Shown: positions 1-10,229 of the stretch, in pieces
How positions within the stretch are numbered: position 1 is the stretch's first letter
How the letters are laid out: each line of letters starts with the position of its first letter
Virus record (IMG/VR): IMGVR_UViG_3300046778_000344
Location: 1-34,143 of that record
Direction: 5' to 3' (one strand)
Length of the DNA stretch: 34,143 nucleotides
Source of the DNA: a virus
Taxonomy: Duplodnaviria; Caudoviricetes
Program-made: the position numbers and the translations under genes
The notes under the pieces: model-generated
The model's input: the letters and a program-made list of their open reading frames with translations, nothing else
Told to the model about the DNA's origin: nothing
Database searches by the model: none

Positions 1-1221
1 ATGTATATTTCTCCAAAAAACAGTATTCACGTCCCACTAAACTACCCAATAGAAATGAGTGGGGAGTATAATAGTAAATTGACAGCAAAAATTGTAATCA
101 AAGAAGATCACATCCGCACAGACGGTACCTGTGCAATTTATATGCAGATATTTTTGAATAAAATCAGAAAAAAAATACCAATGAAGTTATCTGTAAAGCC
201 ATGTGATTTTGACAAGGTAAAGCAGCGTATAAAACCAAAATCACCAAATTCTAAGGATCATAATTTGATAATAGAAAAAGCACTCGCCGATATTAATACT
301 ATAGAAGTAAATTATAGACTTTCTAATGAAGTCTTAACTATGGAAAAATTAATATATGAATATTGCAATCCTACCTCCAGAATTGATTTTTTAAAATTTT
401 GGGAAATTGAATTGGAGCATCAAAAACTAATATTAGACGGATCAACTTATGATCAACAGACGAGTACACTTCGAAAAGTAAAAAAGTATACCAATCATTT
501 ATTTTTTTATGAAATAGATGCTGTTTTTTTTGATAAAATGATTGGCCATTTTCAAAAAGTTGAGAAAAATAGCGGACACACAATTTTCACTTTAAAAAAG
601 AATTTTAAAAAGTATTTACGCATCGCGAATGATAAAGGAATTAAAACACCTATGAATTATAAACTTATAAAAACTCCAAGGCCTGTAAGTAAACGAACTT
701 TTCTAGATGGAAGAGAAATAACAAAATTAGACGAATATTATGAATCAAGTTTTATTAATGAAAATTTAAAAGGAATACTTGGCCAGTTTCTTTTTTCCTG
801 TTTCACAGGATTACGAATCTCAGATAGCCAAGCAATAACAATTAATAATATAATAAATGATGTTTTAGCTTTTACATCAAAAAAAACGGGGAAATTCCAA
901 CGGATCCAACTTAATGCTTCAGCATTGTCTTATATTGGTACAGATAAGCTTTTTCTAAGACAATATTCCGAAAAGCATATTAATGAAGAGTTGAAAAACA
1001 TAATGAAAACTTGTGGCATCACAAAGCACGTTACATTTCATGTTGCTCGTCATTCATTTGCTACTAATTTTATTTTATGTGGTGGTCAGGCTGAAGTTCT
1101 ACAAAAATTATTAGGACATAGTGATATGAGAGAAACTATGGTTTATGTCCATATTGCACAAAGCGTCATGGATGATCAAATTTTTAGACTAGATAATCTA
1201 ATAATGACTAAAACCGCTTAA
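1..1221 (+). CDS. int: Tyrosine recombinase / phage integrase (Bacteroidota type, N-terminal arm-binding and SAM-like domains)
   Basis: Catalytic motifs FTGLRISD, HVARHSFAT, LLGHS and YVH; N-terminal RTDGTCAIYMQI resembles the Bacteroidota arm-binding domain. The true start may be the second Met at nt 55. Confidence 0.95.
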   Translation: MYISPKNSIHVPLNYPIEMSGEYNSKLTAKIVIKEDHIRTDGTCAIYMQIFLNKIRKKIPMKLSVKPCDFDKVKQRIKPKSPNSKDHNLIIEKALADINTIEVNYRLSNEVLTMEKLIYEYCNPTSRIDFLKFWEIELEHQKLILDGSTYDQQTSTLRKVKKYTNHLFFYEIDAVFFDKMIGHFQKVEKNSGHTIFTLKKNFKKYLRIANDKGIKTPMNYKLIKTPRPVSKRTFLDGREITKLDEYYESSFINENLKGILGQFLFSCFTGLRISDSQAITINNIINDVLAFTSKKTGKFQRIQLNASALSYIGTDKLFLRQYSEKHINEELKNIMKTCGITKHVTFHVARHSFATNFILCGGQAEVLQKLLGHSDMRETMVYVHIAQSVMDDQIFRLDNLIMTKTA

Positions 1222-1233
1222 TAAAGCGGTTTT
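1210..1233. terminator. Bidirectional intrinsic terminator between integrase and last tail gene
   Basis: AAAACCGCTT-AATA-AAGCGGTTTT hairpin between convergent ORFs. Confidence 0.8.
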
Positions 1234-1236
1234 CTT

Positions 1237-3153
1237 TTACAACAAACTTTCTGTTTTGGCAGTAACTCGCAGATTTAAACGATTCAAACGTTCTTTTTCT
1301 ATATCGGTAAAAATGTGATAATTTTTATAAGCATAAACAAGAGTTCTAACCGTGATTTCCCGCATTTTTTCAACGGGAATGATAAAATCCCAATTCCAAC
1401 CAACGGACTTAATCCTGAAATTCAACCAATCTTTATACTCCGCTTCATGAATAGCCGGAATAGCCATATTCTCATTCCAAAAAGTATTGGGAATCCCTCC
1501 TTCAGGAACGGGAAGCATAAAAACCAAACGAAGCTTTGAACTGGCTTCTTCAAATGAATAAGCGGTTGTAATTCCTGTTTTAGTGGTTACAGGCAAAGGC
1601 AAAGCATCAATTTTTATAGAACTATCCGAATCTTTTACTGTATAATTATTTACAACCGTACCCGATTTAGAGATTAACATCGAATCATATTTATACTTCT
1701 CGTTGCTTTTTCCATCAGTAAAAGTCAACTCAAATACACGATCTTCGTGAATAATACGTAACGGTTCATCTATATCAAATTCAGACAAATCCACAGCATC
1801 TGAACGGCTTAATTGTTTTGCAACACGATTCATCTGGATCACATTGCCTACAGAATCAAAACTGTAATTTTTCCAGTTTTTAATAATCGTTATTAACTCC
1901 CTGAAAGTCATGTCAGGAACGCATCGCGTCAAATCTATTTCTTTAAGATTCTGCACCGACAAAATGGGAGAACCATCAGGATTCCTGTAACGTATTGGGA
2001 TTAATTTTAACGAAATTGCTTCGGGATAATCAGGCGTTATGGACGGGAAATAATCTCTTTTAGGTTCGGTTTTAGTAATTTTTAAAATATCACCTACTTC
2101 GAAAGAAACAGGAATGTCATACGAAAAATCATTGACCTCCGCCCATAGATTAGTAGTACCGCTGCCTACAAATATTGAAGAATCGGTAGTTGCTAAAACA
2201 GTAGTGATTCCTCCGGATATTTTCTCAATCTTAATACTATATTTTGAACATTGGTAACGATTATGACTCCATGCCGGATTTTTTCGAGCTGAATAAACAA
2301 GCGTATGCAGTGAACCTAATAAAATATAATCTCCCTTTTTTTCAATAGTTACCAATTTGCTAAAAGTAACATATTGAAAACTGTTGTGCTGATAAGCCAA
2401 TGCATCATATTCATTATTCTTGTAGCTGATAGGCAATTCTTCTTCAGACAAACGGTTATAGTAATTGCCATCCCTGAAAATAAGTGCTTTATTCAAATCA
2501 GGATCGGTCATAATATCACCTTCTAACGTATAACCAGCAGCTTCAATCCCTGATTTAACAACATGCATTAAATGGGGTAAGGGCTGGATGATGTTTTTTA
2601 TTAAATCGATATTAGTGCCTAAATCCAATTGGTTTTCAATAAAAGTCAGTCCGTCATGCTTATTGATTGTTCCCTCAAATCCCCGCCAATCATCCGTAGT
2701 GGCATCATACTTATCGGTATGCACCATTCCAAAATTATAATTAGTATCAGGATACCCTTTTCGTAATACTGAATTAGCATTATCGACAAGACTGGAAACT
2801 GTTTTTTGTTCCAGGGGAAGTTCAGAAAGTTTTTTATCGAAACTAGGAAAATTATCCTGACCGAGATTGAGCACGGCCGAAATGATTTTTCCTTTTATTT
2901 CCTGAAACTTCAAGACAGCCGAAACCAGAATACCATCTTTATCCAAATACCCTTCGTAAATAGTCTGATTCAAATTGGCGTTATAATGCGTGGAGAAATT
3001 GGTGTGTTTGACCATTTCTTCATCTAAAATGATATCAAAAGGCAAAGAGGATTCGGTCGAAAAATCATCTTTAAACCATTGGTTAATCTCGGTCAACGTC
3101 ACTTTAAAGTGCGTAATATCTAGCTTGAAATTATCGTGGATAAATGTTAGCAT
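1237..3153 (-). CDS. Phage tail/baseplate hub-like structural protein
   Basis: 638 aa, beta-rich, second gene after the tape measure, overlaps the upstream gene; positional inference. Confidence 0.55.
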   Translation of the reverse strand: MLTFIHDNFKLDITHFKVTLTEINQWFKDDFSTESSLPFDIILDEEMVKHTNFSTHYNANLNQTIYEGYLDKDGILVSAVLKFQEIKGKIISAVLNLGQDNFPSFDKKLSELPLEQKTVSSLVDNANSVLRKGYPDTNYNFGMVHTDKYDATTDDWRGFEGTINKHDGLTFIENQLDLGTNIDLIKNIIQPLPHLMHVVKSGIEAAGYTLEGDIMTDPDLNKALIFRDGNYYNRLSEEELPISYKNNEYDALAYQHNSFQYVTFSKLVTIEKKGDYILLGSLHTLVYSARKNPAWSHNRYQCSKYSIKIEKISGGITTVLATTDSSIFVGSGTTNLWAEVNDFSYDIPVSFEVGDILKITKTEPKRDYFPSITPDYPEAISLKLIPIRYRNPDGSPILSVQNLKEIDLTRCVPDMTFRELITIIKNWKNYSFDSVGNVIQMNRVAKQLSRSDAVDLSEFDIDEPLRIIHEDRVFELTFTDGKSNEKYKYDSMLISKSGTVVNNYTVKDSDSSIKIDALPLPVTTKTGITTAYSFEEASSKLRLVFMLPVPEGGIPNTFWNENMAIPAIHEAEYKDWLNFRIKSVGWNWDFIIPVEKMREITVRTLVYAYKNYHIFTDIEKERLNRLNLRVTAKTESLL

Positions 3154-4864
3154 TGGCTTTTTCTAAAATATTAAATTCAATAGGCATTGATTCGTCTGAA
3201 GAAGAAGTATCCTCATTCTGTACTTTGTTAGTGATTGCATCTACTTTAAAATAAGGGCCTTCCGGAGTATCTAAAGAACACCACACATTAGTACTCAAAC
3301 ACAAAGCGGTAAGGATGCGATGTTCGGTTTTTGTTAACTGGCCACTATCGACAATCATAGACTGCAAGTTGTTAGCAAACGCCTTAGTATCGTAGGTTTT
3401 TAACTTGTTAACGACTGTTTTTTTAGTCGATGAGATATTGGAACCAATTCTTCTTCGACCAGTGAATTCAAAAGGTTCCAACATTTGGTTGTTGTTTTCG
3501 AAAAAGAAAAACGTGCGTTCCAAGCCAATAGGCATTACCAAAAAACGTTGACTTCTTGTTTCCAGATCATTCACCACAATCAATTCAATGCTATCACCCG
3601 GCTTTAAATCGTCGACAAAGCGGAAATAAGAATAAATATGATTTCCTGCCACTTCAGGGATTTCGAAATCATCTATTTTTTTGTTGTTTTTCATCACTAT
3701 AATCCTTGGAGTTCCAAAAAACACAAAAGAAGTGGCAATAGGAGATCCCGGAGTAATCCTAATTACTTCCTGTTGGGCAACGGTAAGCAAACACAATTGG
3801 TTTTCGGTGGTAAAAGGCTGGCTTCCGCGTGCCATTTTAAAAACAGGAAAACTACCTGAAGATAAAATACCTGTATAAGCACCATACGCTTTCTCTTCGA
3901 AACTAATAGCCACCTGAGCAGGACGATATTGATTTACAAAATAATTTGAGGTAAAAGAATTCACAATTTGAGCCAATTCTTTAATTGAATCAAAGAGGTC
4001 ATGAACAATCGTCCCCACATGAAATTCGGTTTTTCCTTTAAACAAAGGCAATGAATAACTTCTATTGTACACCACAGGCGCATTAGTAGTGTAATTATAA
4101 GCCGTGATAGCAATATCCATCTGAATATAGGTATTAGCCGTATCCATTTCAAACTGAATATAATCTTCAGCTTCAGTAAAATAAATATTCCCTTCTTTGA
4201 ACGGCGTTGTAATGTTTGAAACTACATTAAAAGTCACTAAAATGGTAAAAACATCAGTCCCTATGGTAATTACTAAATTATAGTAATAAGTACCTGTAAA
4301 CATGTCACCATAATTTATAGGCGAAATAATCACATCGGTGGTAGAACTACCAATCATGGCAGAAGCTTGTAGCCAAGAAGGTAATGTGTTAGCAATAGTC
4401 CAGGAATCGGATCCGGTTACAATGCTAAGTATTTTAGAAGAAGCGCCTGGTACCTGTGCATCTACATTAAACGTTAGCGCAGCAGGATAAACACCATTAG
4501 GCGGAGGTACTACAATATTATTGATTGTAACGGTAGCAAATGCAGGAAGATTAGGAACAGAAAAAACCGCGTTAGGATAATTAGCCGTGATGGTAACGGC
4601 ACCAAGTCCAGTTCCGGGAGTACCATTTACATTGACAATTGTGAACTGAGATAATGCGTTATAATCTTGATCGATAGCAAAAGCATAATTTTGAGATATA
4701 AAATCAGTTGCTAAATTAGCAGGAATTTCGGCCTCGACAGCTCCAGTTCTTAGCGTTTTAAAAACCTCGTTCAAGGCAAAACCACTAAGAGTTTCGTCTA
4801 CTCCTAAATATTCAAGGTCTACCGGAATAGCTGTAAATTCTATTGTAATATATGAGTTGGCCAT
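3131..4864 (-). CDS. Distal tail (Dit-like) protein with Ig/BACON-like insertion
   Basis: 577 aa directly after the tape measure; segment SWTIANTLPSWLQASAMIGSSTTDVIIS is BACON-like. Confidence 0.5.
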   Translation of the reverse strand: MANSYITIEFTAIPVDLEYLGVDETLSGFALNEVFKTLRTGAVEAEIPANLATDFISQNYAFAIDQDYNALSQFTIVNVNGTPGTGLGAVTITANYPNAVFSVPNLPAFATVTINNIVVPPPNGVYPAALTFNVDAQVPGASSKILSIVTGSDSWTIANTLPSWLQASAMIGSSTTDVIISPINYGDMFTGTYYYNLVITIGTDVFTILVTFNVVSNITTPFKEGNIYFTEAEDYIQFEMDTANTYIQMDIAITAYNYTTNAPVVYNRSYSLPLFKGKTEFHVGTIVHDLFDSIKELAQIVNSFTSNYFVNQYRPAQVAISFEEKAYGAYTGILSSGSFPVFKMARGSQPFTTENQLCLLTVAQQEVIRITPGSPIATSFVFFGTPRIIVMKNNKKIDDFEIPEVAGNHIYSYFRFVDDLKPGDSIELIVVNDLETRSQRFLVMPIGLERTFFFFENNNQMLEPFEFTGRRRIGSNISSTKKTVVNKLKTYDTKAFANNLQSMIVDSGQLTKTEHRILTALCLSTNVWCSLDTPEGPYFKVDAITNKVQNEDTSSSDESMPIEFNILEKANANIYPR

Positions 4865-4868
4865 AAGG

Positions 4869-7800
4869 TTAAGCTTTAGCGTTTTTTTCTAGTTTTTCTA
4901 ATTCTTTGATTTTGTCTCTCATTTTTCGGGCGGTTTTGATGTCGTTTTCTATAAAACCAACAAACCCGTCTTTTTCCAGTTTGTCAAAAATTTGGAATAT
5001 TCGAGCCATAAAACTCAACATTGCAGGAGAATCCTGAGAAGCAACCGATGTTGTTTGTTGAGCTGAAGATGTGGTACCTTCTTCCTGATTAGAAGAATTG
5101 GTTTTTCCTTGTCTTTTATTTTCCAGATACCCAACAATATTAGGAACTACAGGATCATTAGAAAATAAGACATCACTAGGAACAACATATTCTGATTTAT
5201 GATAGGTATAATTTTTATTCCCTAATGCAGTTGATACAGAACTCGGATTTCCATCACCTGTATAACCACCTTTTTGAAAACCATTTTTATCCGGTAATGG
5301 CTGAGCCAAAGCTAAAGCCAATTGAACACCACCCAAAGCAGCAACAATACCAGCAAAAGGAACTCCAAAAAGCATCCCCCCCTGAGCTAATGCTTTAGAA
5401 ACTCCCACTGCTGTATTGGCAATAATACCCGTAATATTCATCAGCTTTTCACGCTTAGCTTGCTTGTATTCAATCTCAGCTTTTTTCTTAGCCAAATCCT
5501 GGTCTAATTTAGCAGTACGAGCATTATACACTTCCTGAGTGATAAAACCTTTTTCTAACTGATCAGATAAAGCCGCTTTCTTCTTGTTTGTATTGGATTC
5601 AAATTTTTGCAAAGTTCTTTTATCGCCCGCTTCCAGAAATTGAAAATAACTGCCAAAAGCATTTTGAACAGCACCAATAACCATTTCAACAGCTGCTATC
5701 TTTTCGGAAAAAGTATCTAAACTATCAAAGGTGTTTTGCCATTGCTCAGGAGTAAAGCCAAGAATATCTAACCCTGATAATGATTTTATGTCTTTTGAGG
5801 CATCAACCTTATCTGGAGAATTCTCGGATTTTTGACCTCCAAGATTAGCCAGTTTTGAGGCTGCATCATCTAAAAATTTAAGAATAGTTTCTCTTTCTTC
5901 AGTACTAATTAACGGAATACCAAACTGGTCCACTTCTCCCAGTTTGGTTTTCATTTGAGCGATCATCTCAGTAAGATGCTTTTGCTGTAAGGTCAATTCC
6001 TCGTTTTGGAATTGCTGTTTTACTTTTTTCTTAGCCTCTTCGAGCGAATGAATTTCTTTTAATTCTTCAGATGATAAAGTACCGTAAAGAATAGCTTTAG
6101 CATCTTGCAGGGTTTTTACAGCTGTAAGCTCATTAGCATGCTTAGTTTGTAAATTTTGCAACTCACGCGCATTGGCATCCTGCTTTTTTTGAATTTCTTT
6201 TTGCAGAAATTTTTCGTGAAGCGCGCCCAATTTCAAATCACGGGTTTGATCCGTAAGAAGCATCGTCTGGTTGTAATTCTCCTGAATTTGCTGACGCTCT
6301 TTTAACTGTTTTTTGAAAGACTTAAGATCTTCATCAGACGTTTTAGGCGAAGCAATTCCCGTTTTCAACTTGTCAATTGCCTGCTGTTCTTTCTTGATAT
6401 TGAGTTCTAAATCCTCAATTTTTTTATCGTATTCGGCATTAATCAGGGCTTTTTCACGAGTGTATTCATCCTTAATTAACCCAAATTTCAATTCGTTAGC
6501 CTTAGCCCTGGATTCATTTAAAGCATTTTGAAGATCATTTTCTTCTTTTAGTAAATCTTCCGAATGTTTTTTAGCATCCGAAAGCTCTTTTTCTCTTTTT
6601 TTGGCCGCCTTATCAGCGTCTTTAGTATCTTCTTCAGAAGGACCGTCAACGGATTGTTTTACAACAGGTTTTTTAGCTCTTTTTATGACTTCAATTTCGG
6701 TGTAATAAGCTTTCTTTTCAGGTGCCGATAGCTGTTTATTACTTTTCATGGTAGCTACCACATCGGCCAGATGTTCAGCGCGTTCTTTTTCCCAATTAAA
6801 ATCGTCACCCAAACGTTTTTTTCGACGATTCATATAATCGTTAAACATATTTTCTTTGTCTTTCAAAAGATTGGCATCGGCTTCTTTTTTTACTTTGGCT
6901 TTAATATCATCCTCATTGTTTACTAAACCTGAAATAAAACTGTACCATGCCGTTTTGACCCAGTTGATAGCTAACAGCGCATTGTTTTTCCAGCGATTGT
7001 AACCGTCTAACCTCAAAGCTTCATCCTGTGCTTTGGCTACTTCAATATTAGATTCAGCCAGTTTTTTAGCTTGTTTTTGTGTTTCGGTCAAAGCCTGTGT
7101 TTGCTTCTTTTGGGCTGCCGAAACATTACCCAAAATCATTTCGTAGCCACCTGCAGCAATAGCCGATTTTCCGAATAATTCACGCGCTAACTGCGCCTGT
7201 TTTTGGTTAGAAAGACCTATTTCTTCTCCTTTTTTATGGATACGGTCGAGAGCCTCATAATAGGTGATTTCTCCCGTTTTTACTTGTGAAAGTAACTCAG
7301 ACGTAAAAGCAGAACCAAAGGAGTTTTCGAGTGCTTTTTTTAATTTAGGCGATTGCAGAATAAGGGTAGAGCTCGATTTTTGCAAAGCACCAAAAACAGC
7401 ATCGGCATTAGCACCGGTAGCCTCAAAACTTTCATTTAAAGAAATAACATCTTTTAATTGCAAGCCCAGATTTTTAGCAGCCACTCCATTAGCATCCAAC
7501 ATAGACAAAAACGCATTTTTATCCGGAGCTTTGACCAAACCTTCTTTAATTTGTTCTAAGGCTTCAAACTCATCTTTTACCAAACCTAAATCGACCATAT
7601 TATCAACCGCATTGGCAATTGATTCAAACCCTACCTTATAAGTATCGGCAATTGCCTGAATAGCCGGACGTAACTTAGTATCTACCCCTAGATTGTCCAA
7701 TAAAGCATTTGATTCTTTAATTTCTTCATTAAAATCGGCCACTTGTTTAGCCGCCAGTCCCAGTCCTGCAAAAACAGCTATAAATGCCCCTACCGGAGTA

Positions 7801-8171
7801 GCTACAAAAGCCCAAGCCGCCTGAGTGGTAGCAACGATAGAACCCCGAATGGCTAACATTCCTGTTTGAATTGCCTTTAAATCGCCCGAGACTAAACCTC
7901 CTAATAAATTAGCGAAGTTCTCCCGAGCAGCACCAAGTTCTTTATTATTGAGCTGCAATTCTTCCCTAAACTCAGCCTGACTGTCTCTTAATTGCGCCAT
8001 TCTATCAGTCAAGCGCTTCACCTCCGAATCATAATCGGCCTGATCTTTTTTAAGACGGCCTAATTCATTTCGAGTTTTATTTATAGCACTGGTTACTCCA
8101 GTAAGTGAGTTCTCAACTTCCTTACCGTTGATGTAGATATTTAACCGTCTGTTTATGTTTTCTCCAGCCAT
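4869..8171 (-). CDS. Tail tape measure protein
   Basis: 1100 aa, long coiled-coil, Ala/Gly-rich hydrophobic segments, C-terminal GFQKGGYTG...HKSEYVVP motif typical of TMPs. Confidence 0.9.
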   Translation of the reverse strand: MAGENINRRLNIYINGKEVENSLTGVTSAINKTRNELGRLKKDQADYDSEVKRLTDRMAQLRDSQAEFREELQLNNKELGAARENFANLLGGLVSGDLKAIQTGMLAIRGSIVATTQAAWAFVATPVGAFIAVFAGLGLAAKQVADFNEEIKESNALLDNLGVDTKLRPAIQAIADTYKVGFESIANAVDNMVDLGLVKDEFEALEQIKEGLVKAPDKNAFLSMLDANGVAAKNLGLQLKDVISLNESFEATGANADAVFGALQKSSSTLILQSPKLKKALENSFGSAFTSELLSQVKTGEITYYEALDRIHKKGEEIGLSNQKQAQLARELFGKSAIAAGGYEMILGNVSAAQKKQTQALTETQKQAKKLAESNIEVAKAQDEALRLDGYNRWKNNALLAINWVKTAWYSFISGLVNNEDDIKAKVKKEADANLLKDKENMFNDYMNRRKKRLGDDFNWEKERAEHLADVVATMKSNKQLSAPEKKAYYTEIEVIKRAKKPVVKQSVDGPSEEDTKDADKAAKKREKELSDAKKHSEDLLKEENDLQNALNESRAKANELKFGLIKDEYTREKALINAEYDKKIEDLELNIKKEQQAIDKLKTGIASPKTSDEDLKSFKKQLKERQQIQENYNQTMLLTDQTRDLKLGALHEKFLQKEIQKKQDANARELQNLQTKHANELTAVKTLQDAKAILYGTLSSEELKEIHSLEEAKKKVKQQFQNEELTLQQKHLTEMIAQMKTKLGEVDQFGIPLISTEERETILKFLDDAASKLANLGGQKSENSPDKVDASKDIKSLSGLDILGFTPEQWQNTFDSLDTFSEKIAAVEMVIGAVQNAFGSYFQFLEAGDKRTLQKFESNTNKKKAALSDQLEKGFITQEVYNARTAKLDQDLAKKKAEIEYKQAKREKLMNITGIIANTAVGVSKALAQGGMLFGVPFAGIVAALGGVQLALALAQPLPDKNGFQKGGYTGDGNPSSVSTALGNKNYTYHKSEYVVPSDVLFSNDPVVPNIVGYLENKRQGKTNSSNQEEGTTSSAQQTTSVASQDSPAMLSFMARIFQIFDKLEKDGFVGFIENDIKTARKMRDKIKELEKLEKNAKA

Positions 8172-8647
8172 TAGAAATCTATTTGTGAAGTGATTTGAAC
8201 TGCTCTGTTATTACCTAAAGACGTAGCGAGGTTGTCTAAGGCCTTGGTTTGTTGTAATGCCCGGGCGATATGATTGTAGGCTTTGTAGCTTCGGTTTTTG
8301 TTGAATGCCTGTACCGTTCCGCCGGCTCTTTGATGTGCGGCTACTTCGACGGTTTTCCCTTTGAGATGGCGTTGAAATGATTTTACAGCACCTCCCTGAC
8401 GCTGTGATGCTTTTTGAGTACCAGTCTTAGCAGAACCAAAGTGCGACTGGAAAGAATAGCGTGGCATGTTAAGCACTAAACGATCTAAAAGCCCGGCTTT
8501 GTAACGTGCATTAACGTTAGATTTTTCTAAATCGCCACTACGTTTGTGAAAAGTTCGTTTGATTTGGCTAAGCACCGATGTTTTAAGTTCGGTTCTGGCA
8601 GTATTGCCCGCTTTGCGTTCTAATGATTCAATATCTACTTTATCCAT
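8171..8647 (-). CDS. Basic phage protein, possible neck/tail-completion protein
   Basis: 158 aa, Arg/Lys-rich, stop overlaps the TMP start; has its own late-type promoter motif. Confidence 0.45.
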   Translation of the reverse strand: MDKVDIESLERKAGNTARTELKTSVLSQIKRTFHKRSGDLEKSNVNARYKAGLLDRLVLNMPRYSFQSHFGSAKTGTQKASQRQGGAVKSFQRHLKGKTVEVAAHQRAGGTVQAFNKNRSYKAYNHIARALQQTKALDNLATSLGNNRAVQITSQIDF

Positions 8648-8664
8648 TTCCCTGAATTTTGATG

Positions 8665-8699
8665 CAAATTCGGGGAATTAAGACAGTAGGAAAAGGACA
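8665..8699 (-). promoter_or_regulatory. Putative phage late promoter (TMP operon)
   Basis: Minus strand TGTCCTTTT-N17-CCGAATTTG; one of six copies with the same spacing. Confidence 0.7.
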
Positions 8700-8700
8700 T

Positions 8701-8729
8701 AAAAAAACCATCAGCCGCGGCTGATGGTT
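8701..8729 (-). terminator. Intrinsic terminator of the 81-aa moron gene
   Basis: AACCATCAGC-CGCG-GCTGATGGTT stem followed by a T run on the minus strand. Confidence 0.8.
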
Positions 8730-8737
8730 GAAGTAAT

Positions 8738-8983
8738 TTATATATCAGTTTTTCGTTTAAAGTACCAGTAATATTCTAAGGTAGCTTCTTCTTCAGGCTT
8801 AAAACCTAATTCGACAAGAGCTTCATAAACATCATTATCGTCTATCCGGGGAAGAATGTTCATGAGTTTTAAAGTCAATTCCATAGTTGTGAAACGAAAC
8901 TCCTTATTGAGCATATTAGCCGGCTCATACATTTGAGTAATAAGCTGTTTGACTTCGTCTTTAGGAAATAAAATAAGACCCAT
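8738..8983 (-). CDS. Small hypothetical protein, possibly winged-helix-like
   Basis: 81 aa ORF with A-rich leader, own promoter, structured leader and terminator; helix pattern followed by LGF and a W-containing strand. Confidence 0.6.
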   Translation of the reverse strand: MGLILFPKDEVKQLITQMYEPANMLNKEFRFTTMELTLKLMNILPRIDDNDVYEALVELGFKPEEEATLEYYWYFKRKTDI

Positions 8984-9028
8984 AGTTTGTTGATTTAAAA
9001 TCCAGAACAGGGGAACACTCTTTACGGT

Positions 9029-9149
9029 TGACCAATCATCACGAGGAATGAAACTCGGACGGTTTTTTTTCCCGCAACCCGAATCCTGAATGCTCCCGTG
9101 TTAAGAATCTTAACTGGGAGCATTCCTCGTGTTTTAAAATGATTGGTCA
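9029..9149 (-). ncRNA. Structured leader / C4- or CI-like antisense RNA candidate
   Basis: Closing stems 9029-9039/9139-9149 and 9040-9050/9121-9131 (11 bp each, perfect) enclose two hairpins; begins right after a TATATTTG promoter. Confidence 0.7.
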
Positions 9150-9152
9150 GGG

Positions 9153-9184
9153 CAAATATACATTAATTTATGTAAAATTTTCAA
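9153..9184 (-). promoter_or_regulatory. Bacteroidota primary-sigma promoter (-7 TATATTTG, -33 TTG)
   Basis: Minus strand TTG-N21-TATATTTG matches the TTTG/TAnnTTTG consensus. Confidence 0.7.
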
Positions 9185-9190
9185 CCATAA

Positions 9191-9219
9191 AAAAAACCAC
9201 TCATATTGAGTGGTTTTTT
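9191..9219. terminator. Intrinsic terminator after the HIRAN gene
   Basis: AAAAAACCACTCA-TAT-TGAGTGGTTTTTT perfect 13-bp stem. Confidence 0.85.
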
Positions 9220-9220
9220 A

Positions 9221-9673
9221 TTAATCATTATATTCAATCATTAAATAAACGGTTAGATGGATTGAACCAGGATTAGTATAACTATCTTCTTCCTCCATAG
9301 AATCAAACCGAGCCTCATGTGGTTTTTCTAATATAGGATGAACCAAATAGGTTTTATCTGAAGGAATATAACCTATTAATTTACCTTCATGCTTAACCGA
9401 AATAGCATATTTATCATGTTTATTACCAGGATCAGAACTCAATTCAACAGGCATTGTATCCCATCCGTTTTTTAAAATATAATTTTTACGAGAAGCAACA
9501 TGTACACCAGAAAGAAAAACTCGTAAGCTATTATTATATACAGGCTGTGAATCTATTTTAACAGTCTTTATTTCTGAATAAAACACGGAGTCTTTACTTA
9601 TTATTGAATTATTTCTGAAAAAGAAGTAATAAATGCCGTAACCTACAAGTAAAATTAAAATTATACCTAACAT
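9221..9673 (-). CDS. Membrane-anchored HIRAN-domain protein (moron)
   Basis: N-terminal hydrophobic helix; LSGV...DPGNKHDKYAISV...LIGYIP fits the HIRAN E/D-P-x-N-x-x-D-x-x-A-I-x-V...GY-P pattern. Confidence 0.75.
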   Translation of the reverse strand: MLGIILILLVGYGIYYFFFRNNSIISKDSVFYSEIKTVKIDSQPVYNNSLRVFLSGVHVASRKNYILKNGWDTMPVELSSDPGNKHDKYAISVKHEGKLIGYIPSDKTYLVHPILEKPHEARFDSMEEEDSYTNPGSIHLTVYLMIEYND

Positions 9674-9676
9674 AAA

Positions 9677-10174
9677 TTAATTGTTTTCATTAAGTAATTT
9701 CTTTTTCTCTACATCATATTCTTCCTGTGTTAAAGTACCATCTGCTAAAAGTTCTTTCAATTTTTTTAGTTTGTCGAACTTATCCGATTGTGTAATAACC
9801 GCTCCTTGAGTTTGTTGACAATCTTTGACCTCACAGGTAGCAATCGCCTCTTCGATTTCTAAGGAGTAGTTTGTGATATTCCCACCACCTACAGTGAAAT
9901 ATACTTTTTCAGCACCTTTAAAAGTTGCTTTCTTGATTTTTTTAATCACAACGTTTAAACCGCTATAAGCTGAGCCTATTTGAGTTGTACCACCAGCCAT
10001 CCAACCTGCAATTTTTAAATAAACAAAAGTCCCCTGTCCGCCAGAACCCCTGCCTAGTTGGATAGCATCTCCTACTTTGTAAGTGATATTGTTTGAAGCC
10101 TTGTATTCGGTTATTTTATCCTGAGCATTTGCAAAACCTGAGATAAAAAGCAATACTAAAATAATTTTTCTCAT
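9677..10174 (-). CDS. Exported protein with C-terminal SHOCT domain (moron)
   Basis: Signal peptide MRKIILVLLFISGFANA (start at 10174 preferred over 10186); C-terminal LKKLKELLADGTLTQEEYDVEKKKLL is a SHOCT motif. Confidence 0.8.
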   Translation of the reverse strand: MRKIILVLLFISGFANAQDKITEYKASNNITYKVGDAIQLGRGSGGQGTFVYLKIAGWMAGGTTQIGSAYSGLNVVIKKIKKATFKGAEKVYFTVGGGNITNYSLEIEEAIATCEVKDCQQTQGAVITQSDKFDKLKKLKELLADGTLTQEEYDVEKKKLLNENN

Positions 10175-10206
10175 ATTAATTTCCATTTAGTGAACTGTAA
10201 ATATAT

Positions 10207-10229
10207 AAAAAAACCTACACGAATGTAGG
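10207..10229 (-). terminator. Intrinsic terminator
   Basis: CCTACA-CGAA-TGTAGG stem with a T run on the minus strand. Confidence 0.6.

Noticed and set aside
1-60. attL/attR sites
   Set aside because: The window starts at the integrase ORF and ends at a stop codon; no flanking direct repeat can be seen.
9029-9149. tRNA gene
   Set aside because: Too long, 22-bp closing helix, no T-loop or D-loop consensus in position, no CCA end.
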